NCBI GenBank assembly: GCA_035577265.1
Contig: DATLVR010000095.1
Span: 819 to 64,818, forward strand
From: Verrucomicrobiia bacterium
GTDB lineage: Bacteria; Verrucomicrobiota; Verrucomicrobiia; Limisphaerales; UBA11358
DNA: 64,000 bases
Direction: 5' to 3'
Shown here: in pieces, positions 16,408 to 24,573 of the stretch
Layout: every line of letters begins with the position of its first letter
Position numbering within the stretch: position 1 is the stretch's first letter
Translations under genes and position numbers: made by a program
The notes under the pieces: generated by a model
What the model saw: the letters and a program-made list of their open reading frames with translations, nothing else
What the model was told of the DNA's origin: nothing
Database searches by the model: none

Positions 16408-18984
16408 TCATGGATAACTCACCACCACTCGCAGAAACGTCTCCGTCGAGTCATCCAGTGTCGCATCGCGCAACTGAATTGCCTGATTGCTGGTGCTTGC
16501 CGTCCGCACATCGGTGGCGAGCCACGCGGGCGAATTCAGTGTCCGCGCATGTTGCAACGTGTAATGCCGGCCCGGCTGACCCCAAACCGCAACGGTCACC
16601 GCCAGCCCGGCGTCATAGCTGTGCTGGATGATGCGAAACCGGTCGTTCGCTTCCAGCGGATTGGTGCCGGCGACAAACTCCGCGTAATTGCTCACCCCGT
16701 CGCCGTCCGCGTCTGCCGCCGGATTGGCGATGGCCGGATTCGCCGCGTTGGTGCCGAACCAGCTGGCGGCCCAGTTTGCAAAAAGAGCCGCAGGTGACGG
16801 CGTGTTGTTTGTATTCAACCAAATCGCATGCTGGCCTGCACCGACGTTTGTGACGATGAGCCAGTTGTTCGAAAGCTTGCCGGGAGAAATTACGCCGTCC
16901 ACCAACGCAACTGGATTCGTCGAGCCGAGCGTTGGCAACATCACAGTGGCGGTGACGTTGCCAGGTATATTCAACAGCAGTTGAAAGCTTCCCGGCGCGT
17001 TGCTTGCCGAAATGGCCACTGGCCCGCGAATCGTCGGCACCACACCTCGCGCGCAGGTCAACGTATGGCCAAGTTGCGGCTGGATGAAAATTTGTCCATA
17101 ACCGGCGGTGATGGGCCGCAGCCCCAAAACGAAGCGCGAAATCAAATTGCCCGGCGCTGCACCCCACGCATGGTTCCAATCCATGTTCGGCTTGTCGGTG
17201 AAATTCCACGCTTCGGTCGTGAGTGTGGAACCGAGAATGATCATGTTCAGCCAGCCGCGCGGGCCGTTGGTGGTCATCAGACCGAGCGCGGTATCCGCAT
17301 CGCCTGCATCAAACAACCCCTCCAATAAATACTGCGCGCCATAGACGCTGCACGGCATCCCGGCGTTCGCGGCGATTCGCGAGTGAAGAAAATCAACGAC
17401 CGCAGTTTGCCTGCTCGCCGGCACCAGGCCGAAGGCGAGCGGAAAAAAATTTCCATGCGCAGATGCGTGATCCGTTCCAACGCCGTCCCGGTAACATTGC
17501 GCGGCGTTGTTCCAAAATGTTGCGTTGTAGGCGGTATAAACCTGATCGGCATTGGCGGCGTAAGCCGCGGCATCCTTCGTGTGGCCGAGAGCCGTGGCGA
17601 TATTGGCCATGAGTCTCAGGCCGTGATAATAAAAGGCGTTGTTGACGGAATTGGTCCAGTTCCGATAACCGCCGTCTTTGATCACAAAACCGTCGCGGTC
17701 GTCGCGAGGCCAGTCCACGACGTCAGAATTGGTGGTTTGCGGAAAATTTGGAAAGCCCTTCATCAAACCGCTGCTTGTAGCCGCCCAGGTGAACGAGTCC
17801 GCTTGCAACTTCGTGTAATACTCGTGGATCAGATTGGTATTGCCCGTCTGGAGATAATCCGCCCACGCCATGAAAATACTGTGAGATTTCCATTCGGTGG
17901 GCCACGTTGGATGTTGCAGCAGATATTCGAGGCTGTGGCGCGGCAGCATGAATTCCCGATCCACCGCATACGAACTCATCTGGTGGATGTAGGAATCTGC
18001 CTCGTAAGGTTTGCGCTCGCGATCGCCGTCCACGTAAATACCATCAAAGGTCAGTATCTGCATGGAGTTCCGGCACAGGTTCCAAATCTGGTTCAGCGCG
18101 ACGCTTGAGCTGATGAAGCTTGCGGCATTGGTGTTGAAATGGGAAAGCAGTCGCATTTGCACGACGTCCGTGAGCGTGAGCGCGCCTGGAAAATTAGTGA
18201 ATTCAAGATACCGGAATGGCATAATTGCGCCGCAACCCATCGGATTGATCGCACTGCCGGAATATGAATACTCCGGTGGTCGAATCGAGTTGGGGATATT
18301 TCCACTCACCAAATTGAACGTGGTATTCGTATATCGCACCATGCTGCCGGTTGGCGGTGTCGTGTTGACGGCAAAACCGTTGGACATTTCTCCGAAGCGC
18401 ACTTGTATGATGGTCGGACTAAACGCGCCGCTCGCATGCACCCTCGCATAACCAAAAGCGTCCTGCCCAAAATCGGCGAACCACCGGCCTGGCGCGGTGT
18501 TTGTGAGCAACACCGGCGTGGCGGCCACGAAATTCAGCGGGTAGCGACCGGCAAATACATTTGTCGCCGAGCCAATGATGAAATGTTGTGCAACCGAAAA
18601 CGGACCGCCCTGCCCTGCGCTATCCGCTGTCTGCACGCACCAATAATAATCCGCGCCGATGGCCAGTGGCTCTCCGGCGTAAGACACGTTGATCGAAATG
18701 GAATTGCTGATCCAGCCAGAATCCCAAACATCACCTGCACCCGCGTCAGCCAGCTTTAAATTCGACGCGACAATGATATGGTAGCCACTTTGTGAATCAT
18801 TGCGGAACGACGGATTGTAAATCCAGCCGAATTGTGGTCTTGTGTTGGATATAACGGTTTCCTCCGGATGCTCCAACAAATCGCATAGCAGTCCACTCGG
18901 TGCATTGGCGGCGCGTAACGCCACCGGCAATGTCAAACCGAACACGCAAAGCAACCAAGGCAAATTCATCGTTTTAGTATCCAT
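16408..18984 (-). CDS. Secreted GH78-like alpha-L-rhamnosidase-family six-hairpin glycosidase with conserved C-terminal domain
   Basis: The ORF track extends to 19119. The likely start is MDTKTMNLPWLLCVFGLTLPVALRAANA (18984). GH78-type N-terminus: GLLCDLLEHPEETVISNTRPQFGWIY. Catalytic region: DGDRERKPYEADSYIHQ. A calcium-type motif DADGDGVSNYAEFVAGTNP precedes a ~75-aa tail ending ETFLRVVVSYP. Confidence 0.65.
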   Translation of the reverse strand: MDTKTMNLPWLLCVFGLTLPVALRAANAPSGLLCDLLEHPEETVISNTRPQFGWIYNPSFRNDSQSGYHIIVASNLKLADAGAGDVWDSGWISNSISINVSYAGEPLAIGADYYWCVQTADSAGQGGPFSVAQHFIIGSATNVFAGRYPLNFVAATPVLLTNTAPGRWFADFGQDAFGYARVHASGAFSPTIIQVRFGEMSNGFAVNTTPPTGSMVRYTNTTFNLVSGNIPNSIRPPEYSYSGSAINPMGCGAIMPFRYLEFTNFPGALTLTDVVQMRLLSHFNTNAASFISSSVALNQIWNLCRNSMQILTFDGIYVDGDRERKPYEADSYIHQMSSYAVDREFMLPRHSLEYLLQHPTWPTEWKSHSIFMAWADYLQTGNTNLIHEYYTKLQADSFTWAATSSGLMKGFPNFPQTTNSDVVDWPRDDRDGFVIKDGGYRNWTNSVNNAFYYHGLRLMANIATALGHTKDAAAYAANADQVYTAYNATFWNNAAQCYRDGVGTDHASAHGNFFPLAFGLVPASRQTAVVDFLHSRIAANAGMPCSVYGAQYLLEGLFDAGDADTALGLMTTNGPRGWLNMIILGSTLTTEAWNFTDKPNMDWNHAWGAAPGNLISRFVLGLRPITAGYGQIFIQPQLGHTLTCARGVVPTIRGPVAISASNAPGSFQLLLNIPGNVTATVMLPTLGSTNPVALVDGVISPGKLSNNWLIVTNVGAGQHAIWLNTNNTPSPAALFANWAASWFGTNAANPAIANPAADADGDGVSNYAEFVAGTNPLEANDRFRIIQHSYDAGLAVTVAVWGQPGRHYTLQHARTLNSPAWLATDVRTASTSNQAIQLRDATLDDSTETFLRVVVSYP

Positions 18985-19344
18985 TGCTCTTCTGAAGTTG
19001 CACATCCCCTCAAACGGGTGAGGCCAATTCACAACCCACATCCGATTCTCCAAGAATGACGGCATGGTGATGATGACCGACGACGAATTGCCACGGACAG
19101 ATATAATCCCGCACAGCACCTTGTCAATCAGTCGCTAATTCCAAAACAAGGACCAAAAAACTGCCGTTTTGCGCGGGCAGATTTAACGTGTTATTCCGAG
19201 GGTTTCAAAGGTTGCCTCCATTTTCTAGCGCTGGCAACGCTGATCCCATTGGGTGACGATTTTGTGGGCCGACCTGACTGACGTGATTGAGTTTTTTCGG
19301 ACCACTTGAAGTGTTAGTCTGGGCCTGACGAAAGGACCAGACGA

Positions 19345-19614
19345 ATGAAAGGCAAACGGTATACGACGGAAGACAATATCCGCCTCCTGCGGGAAGCGGA
19401 TCAACGTAAAAAGAGCATCAGGGACATTTGCCGTGAGGCGAACGTGTCGGAAGTGACGTTCCACCGGTGGAAGAAGCAGTTTGGGCATATGGAAGTGAAC
19501 GAGGCCCGGCGGCTCAAGGAGCTGGAACGGGAGAACAGCGAGCTCAAAAAGATGCTGGCGGAGGAGATGCTCAAGAACCGCGTCTTGTCTTACGTATGCG
19601 AAAAAAAGCTGTGA
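19345..19614 (+). CDS. IS3-family transposase OrfA (HTH)
   Basis: MKGKRYTTEDNIRLLREADQRKKSIRDICREANVSEVTFHRWKKQFG... followed by a leucine-zipper-like ELERENSELKKMLAE. This is typical of the Transposase_8/IS3 OrfA. Confidence 0.85.
   Translation: MKGKRYTTEDNIRLLREADQRKKSIRDICREANVSEVTFHRWKKQFGHMEVNEARRLKELERENSELKKMLAEEMLKNRVLSYVCEKKL
19602..19608 (+). promoter_or_regulatory. Programmed -1 ribosomal frameshift heptamer A AAA AAG
   Basis: In the orfA frame the codons are GAA AAA AAG CTG TGA (19600-19614). The -1 frame continues KKAVSPAQRRAFAREVV..., which is orfB. Confidence 0.75.
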
Positions 19615-20195
19615 GCCCGGCTCAGCGCCGGGCATTTGCACGGGAAGTGGTGGGCCAAACATTGTGTTCGCAACGGCAGGCGTGTCGGTTTCCGAAGCTG
19701 GCGCGTTCGACGTTCAACTATCGTGGACGACCAGCAACGCCAGCGGAAGAACAGTTAAGGAAACGGCAGTTGGAACTGTCAGCGGAGCATCCGCGCTATG
19801 GGTATCGTCGGATTGCAGCGTTGTTGCGCCGGGAAGGCTGGCGGGTGGGCAAGCGTCACATCCAGCGGCTGCGCCGTGACGCCGGTCTGCGGGTACCGCC
19901 AACCAAACGTAAAATCATCCGGCGTGGGATTTCGACGGGGTTGCCGACCATGGCGACCCATCGGAACCACGTTTGGACGTGGGACTTCATTGCCGACGCG
20001 ACGGGGCGTGGCGGGGCATTGAAGATGTTTACGATCCTGGACGAATCACGCGGGAGCCTGAATCAAATAAGAGCAGCCGTGAGCCAAATAACAGAATCAT
20101 TCGTTAACTCACCTCCCTTAAATTTTCTAATTTTGTCTGGGATTTTGCCAAATAAGCCGAAGAAATTAACACGGCCCATTGTCTTGGAATTTTGA
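19602..20195 (+). pseudogene. Truncated IS3-family transposase OrfB (HTH_21 + start of the rve domain only)
   Basis: RYGYRRIAALLRREGWRVGKRHIQRLRRDAGL and NHVWTWDFIADA are OrfB-like. After ~20070 the frame reads unrelated AT-rich sequence to the stop at 20195. Confidence 0.75.
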
Positions 20196-20508
20196 GTTTA
20201 AGATGAAAATCGGTCAAATATCGCGTGGTGTTTTACCTTTCAGCATGTCTTTAGAAAGCCAAAATATTTTCTGGTTTGCTTGCTTTGAATCTCTCTTTGC
20301 CAAAAAATAGTAATTAAATCGCAGAAACGGCAACGCCGACTGTCAATAAAAACGTCAGCAGAGGTGTGTTGGAAAGCTCGTAAAAGTAATGAAAGTGCTG
20401 TCTTGAATCATTCTTAAAAAGCCTGTATTTCAAGTCTGTCAATCGCTCTTTGTCGACCAATCCCGGCCATTGGCTCCACTTTTCACCGCCAGTTTTCAAT
20501 CAAATTCT

Positions 20509-21801
20509 TCACCGACTCCGTGGCCACTCGTCTGTCCGGAATGGCACGGCCGGCAGATCGGCCTCAAAGCGCACGGCCACGCGTTTGCCAACAGCCTCCG
20601 GCGAGCTGTTCACGGGCCAGGAGCGGAGCGCTCCGGACGTTCGTTCTGATTTCAATTTTTCTCCTTGATCCACTCCGGTGTTCTTTGGGCTGGAATTGGA
20701 AACGGCCGATGCGTTCGGAGGCACGACTTGCAGCATCACCACCGAACTGCTGCAGGACCAGGAATAAAGCAATCCCTCAGGAGTCGGGTGATTCCAACGC
20801 GACCAAGAAAGATTGTCTGACGTCCGGCGATTTTCCCAGGCGATGTCGGCATTGTTCTGCAACCAGGACTGGTATCTGGATTGAAGGCCACGCGCCTTCA
20901 TGAACCGCGCGAGCCAGCGGGCGCAAATGCCATTGAAACCTCCGGCATCTCCTGATTCCTTATAACCCGGCAGGATTCCTCCCCGGCACAGTTCATTCTT
21001 CGTGTAATCGGCCGCCAAAATCGCTTCATTCGTGTGCCCCAGGAAATTCGCCATGCCGATAAACGTCCCCTGATTGTAGCTAAACGATCTTTCATCTTTG
21101 TCGCCGTTGGATTCAATATTGTCGTAAACCTGGCCGGTGCTGGCATCGAACAAGGCCGAGCGCTCCCAGCGATAAAGGTTCTCCGCCTTCGTCAAATAAT
21201 TGGTGTCGCCGCCGGCCTGATACAACAGATACGCCGCAATGGCGGCGGGGCAGTTCACACAGGAATTCTTGGTGAGATTCGAAATCTTCCACCATAATCC
21301 GCCGCCCAGGTTGGTGGACCAGGCCCGCGCAAAACAAAGGTCGAAATTCTCTTTGGCAACATCACGATAGCCGGTGTTCCCGGTGAGCTGGTGGGCACGG
21401 GCACAGGCGATCACCATCCACATGATGTCGTCATTGAATTCGTTGCCCATCCAGTTGGTGCCGTGATCGGCCACGAACCCCTGGTAGATGCGATTAAACA
21501 TCAACAGGCAATCGGTGTTCGTCGTGCGTTCGTAAACATCCAAAACCATCTCCATCTGCTCGGCCCGGTCCCAGAACCGGGTCTTCCCTCCCACCGTGGT
21601 GGCGCGATAGTAGCCCTTGTCCCCCTCCATGAAATAAAACGCATCGTTGTAACTTTTGAAAATCGCATCCGCGTCGGCGACACTGAACGCGCGCACCGGG
21701 CATGCCGTCATGCCCGCAATCGCGAAACAGGCAGCCATGCAAAGCATCGCTCGCATCCTGCACACATCACTCCGGAATAATTTTATCATCGCTGAATTCA
21801 T
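20509..21801 (-). CDS. Secreted GH76 alpha-1,6-mannanase-like enzyme (stand-alone)
   Basis: GH76 motifs: FWDRAEQMEMVLDVYE, NEFNDDIMWMVIACARAHQLTGNTGYRDVAKENF, GGGLWWKISNLTKNSCVNCPAAIAAYLLYQ, YNQGTFIG. The last ~75 aa are charged and unrelated to the paralog at 50167..53853. Confidence 0.85.
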   Translation of the reverse strand: MNSAMIKLFRSDVCRMRAMLCMAACFAIAGMTACPVRAFSVADADAIFKSYNDAFYFMEGDKGYYRATTVGGKTRFWDRAEQMEMVLDVYERTTNTDCLLMFNRIYQGFVADHGTNWMGNEFNDDIMWMVIACARAHQLTGNTGYRDVAKENFDLCFARAWSTNLGGGLWWKISNLTKNSCVNCPAAIAAYLLYQAGGDTNYLTKAENLYRWERSALFDASTGQVYDNIESNGDKDERSFSYNQGTFIGMANFLGHTNEAILAADYTKNELCRGGILPGYKESGDAGGFNGICARWLARFMKARGLQSRYQSWLQNNADIAWENRRTSDNLSWSRWNHPTPEGLLYSWSCSSSVVMLQVVPPNASAVSNSSPKNTGVDQGEKLKSERTSGALRSWPVNSSPEAVGKRVAVRFEADLPAVPFRTDEWPRSR

Positions 21802-21807
21802 GACTTT

Positions 21808-24573
21808 CTAAAACCGTGACGGTTCCTCCCGGATGGAAATGACGCCGGCCTTGTCCGGGCGATTAATTTCCCGCACGGCATTCCAACCGTCCAGCCGCAA
21901 TTGGACTTGTTTGGCGTCAGCCGCCTGGTTATCAAACCGGATGCGCACCGTTCTCACCTCGCCGGGCAGCAGCGAAAAGAAATTGTCGTCATAGAATGCC
22001 GGGCGCACCGGTTTGGCATCGGTGATGTGTTGCAGCCGCAGCCAGACCATGAACGCCAGCGTTTGCGTGGGATTCTTCACCGTGACATCACAAACGTTTT
22101 CGTTCCCGTCCCGGTTCCATTTCACTTCGCTTGCAAGTTTCACCGGCGGAAGTTTCGCGAGTTCCTCAAAGCCTTGAAATTCCGGCCCGGTCCAGGTGCG
22201 GCCCCGCTCATAAGGTTTATTGGAACGCCAATAAAACGTGTCGGACACCGGGCGCCCCCGGGCATCCGCGAGCTCCAGCTTGATGAAATGAACCGGCGAC
22301 ACGTTGGCTGGAAACGCGATGGACAGCACCTTGTTCGTGACCGCCTCCGCGTCAACGGACACCGGCACGGTCTGATGAAAAACTTCGTGCATGTCCAAGT
22401 TCAGAACGCGGGCCGTTACTTGTCCCTTGAAATCACGCGGAAACTCGTTGTTCACCGCCACGGTATTTTTCAGGAAATCGAATTGTGCGTGGAGCGGCTC
22501 CAGCGCGTTCTGCGTGAAATAGAGCGCTGCCGTAGGCTCCAACGACCAGTCCCACATTCGCCCGCAAACCTGGCGGTTCGGACTGTTGTGATACCAGAAC
22601 AGCAGCCCAGTCGCAAAACGGTCGCCGTAATCAAATTTGTTTGCGTTCCAACATTCCCAGATGGCGCGCCACGCCAGACCACCGAACGCCTGGGCCTTCA
22701 TCGCGTAGTCATCAATATTTTTAGCCGCCCCATACTGTTGCACCGCGCGGTCAAAGTTGCCGGTCATGCCATGAAAACCACCGCCATCGAGATAATCCCA
22801 GACTGTCTTGTTGATCGGCCAGAGATCCTTGTCCGGCATCATTTCGCGCAGGCAATCCACCGTCGGCAAAATGGGACAGCCGTATTCGGGGCAAAGGCCG
22901 TTGATGCGGCTGCCGCGTTTCGAGGCGGTGTCCTCATAGTAGAACATCGGATTTTCCGAAATGTAAGGACTGCCGTCGTGGATGCCGTCGGTCTCCGAAC
23001 CGACTTGATAACTGCAGGTCGGATCCAGTTTCTGAATCAGGTCGGCAATGGAAATGATCCCTTTGGCATCCCGTTCGTTGGCGGAAACGTAGTATGCCTG
23101 GCTAGGGTGATTACGCAGACGCAGAATTGTGTCGGTGACATTGGCACGATACAGCTCGCGGTCGGCCGGAAGCTGCGTGTCGCCAGTCAGCCAAAATTCA
23201 GTCCACACGAGGATGCCATACTGGTCGCAAAGGTCGTAAAATTCGTCGGACTCGGCAACCCCCCCGGCCCACAGGCGAAGAAAGTTGACTCCGGCTTGCT
23301 GCGTATAACGCAGTTCCGCCGCGGTGCGTTCCGGCGAATTGCGGCACATGGCCTCGGGAACCCAATTCGAACCGTGGAGGAACAATCGTTTCCCGTTCAC
23401 CATGAATTCCCGGCTCTGATCCGGCGTGTCGCGATCGCTGCGAATGTCGCGGATGCCGAAGTGCGTCTCGAGCCGGTCGGAGACCGGCTGTTTCCCCTGC
23501 ACAAATTCCAGCGTGAGATGATACAAAAATTGCCCGCCTTTATTGAGCGGCCACCATAAATGCGGCTCGGAAATAGTCAGGGCTTTGAATTCTTCCGGAG
23601 TGAGGCGGATGGTTTTGGTTTCACCCGGCTGCAGACTCACGTTTTTTTCAATTTTGATTTCCGCCTCTTTCACGCTGGCTTTCAGAACGCCTTCCTGCGT
23701 ATTCGACGTGGCATTGACCACGTCTACGCTGATGCTTTCGTTGGCTGGAGCCAGGGTGGGAATGGGCAGATGACTTTCCACAAACGCGTGCCGCAGCGCC
23801 ACCGTCCCCGTCGCGAACAGTTTCACATCGCGCCAGATACCGGTGTTCCGGTCACGAATGCCATCAGTGAACGTGAAATCCCAGCCCACGGTCATCAGCA
23901 TTGTCGTGTTGCGACCGATTTCACCGTCGCCGCCGTTGCGGTTTTCACCTGCGGCGCGAACCGCCTTGTCCTTCTGCCGAAATCCACCCGGTTGATCCAC
24001 CGGCTGCACCAACACGGCCAGCGCATTCGTGCCGGTGAAACGCAAGGCCTCGGTGGCGTTGAACAATCCGCGTCGGAACATGCCGGCGAGGTCGCCCAGC
24101 CTGCGTCCATTCAGCCAGACTTCAGCGTGATAATTGATGCCGTCGAATTGCAACCACACCTGACGCCCGGAAAATTCCTTCGGCACAAAAAACTCGGTGC
24201 GAAACCAGTAGGTGTAAAACTCGCGCCCCACCTCCGAAATATCAGGAATCAATTTTTGCTCGTGCGCATTGTTCAAGCCGAAGTAAGGCTCGGGATAGAC
24301 GCCGTCAAAAACGAGGCTGTTCAAGACCGTGCCGGGCACCACGGCGGTCTGCCAGCCCGCAGTATCAACTCCTGGCAGCGACAAACCGGCTCCGTCCACC
24401 TTCGCATCGTGCCGCCGGATCATGCGCCAGGAATTTGAGCCGCCATGCTGTTCCGGCGAGCGCAGCAGCACCGTCTGCCCCGCCGTGGTCTGCGCCCGCG
24501 ATAGCATGCAAAGGCACAACGACAGGATTGCGCCGGCGAGCAAGAACTTTGATTTTAGCCCGATGACTTTCAC
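21808..24573 (-). CDS. Secreted GH2 glycosidase (beta-mannosidase / exo-beta-glucosaminidase-like subgroup)
   Basis: Signal peptide. GH2 motifs: GWQTAVVPGTVLNSLVFDGVYPEPYFGLNN, VWLQFDGINYHAEVWLNGRRLG, LHGSNWVPE...GVNFLRLWAGG...YGILVWTEFW. The GTG start overlaps the upstream stop (GTGA). Confidence 0.8.
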   Translation of the reverse strand: MKVIGLKSKFLLAGAILSLCLCMLSRAQTTAGQTVLLRSPEQHGGSNSWRMIRRHDAKVDGAGLSLPGVDTAGWQTAVVPGTVLNSLVFDGVYPEPYFGLNNAHEQKLIPDISEVGREFYTYWFRTEFFVPKEFSGRQVWLQFDGINYHAEVWLNGRRLGDLAGMFRRGLFNATEALRFTGTNALAVLVQPVDQPGGFRQKDKAVRAAGENRNGGDGEIGRNTTMLMTVGWDFTFTDGIRDRNTGIWRDVKLFATGTVALRHAFVESHLPIPTLAPANESISVDVVNATSNTQEGVLKASVKEAEIKIEKNVSLQPGETKTIRLTPEEFKALTISEPHLWWPLNKGGQFLYHLTLEFVQGKQPVSDRLETHFGIRDIRSDRDTPDQSREFMVNGKRLFLHGSNWVPEAMCRNSPERTAAELRYTQQAGVNFLRLWAGGVAESDEFYDLCDQYGILVWTEFWLTGDTQLPADRELYRANVTDTILRLRNHPSQAYYVSANERDAKGIISIADLIQKLDPTCSYQVGSETDGIHDGSPYISENPMFYYEDTASKRGSRINGLCPEYGCPILPTVDCLREMMPDKDLWPINKTVWDYLDGGGFHGMTGNFDRAVQQYGAAKNIDDYAMKAQAFGGLAWRAIWECWNANKFDYGDRFATGLLFWYHNSPNRQVCGRMWDWSLEPTAALYFTQNALEPLHAQFDFLKNTVAVNNEFPRDFKGQVTARVLNLDMHEVFHQTVPVSVDAEAVTNKVLSIAFPANVSPVHFIKLELADARGRPVSDTFYWRSNKPYERGRTWTGPEFQGFEELAKLPPVKLASEVKWNRDGNENVCDVTVKNPTQTLAFMVWLRLQHITDAKPVRPAFYDDNFFSLLPGEVRTVRIRFDNQAADAKQVQLRLDGWNAVREINRPDKAGVISIREEPSRF

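Larger units (their letters stand above)
19265..20070 (+). mobile_element. IS3-family insertion sequence remnant (orfA intact, orfB cut off inside the DDE/rve domain)
   Basis: orfA and orfB are in the 0/-1 frame arrangement with a canonical A_AAA_AAG slippery site. OrfB similarity ends soon after HVWTWDFIADATGRGGALKMFTILDE, at the first catalytic-Asp region. The second Asp and the Glu region are missing, and I found no right end. The left boundary is approximate. Confidence 0.8.

Noticed and set aside
19225-19662. 145-aa minus-strand ORF
   Set aside because: It is antisense to the clearly recognisable IS3 orfA.
20314-20499. 61-aa minus-strand ORF in the AT-rich patch after the IS remnant
   Set aside because: It has no recognisable motif and sits in sequence of atypical composition next to a truncated IS. 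There is not enough evidence for a real gene.
21901-23559. 552-aa plus-strand ORF, and similar long antisense ORFs (e.g. 10459..11445, 43260..44027, 49085..49936, 52972..53829, 54486..55283, 56464..57285, 31577..32572)
   Set aside because: Each is fully contained within, and antisense to, a gene with clear family motifs (GH2, GH27, GH67, GH85, GH76, GH97, GH125, and a regulator/kinase). The translations are low-complexity and Arg/His-rich.
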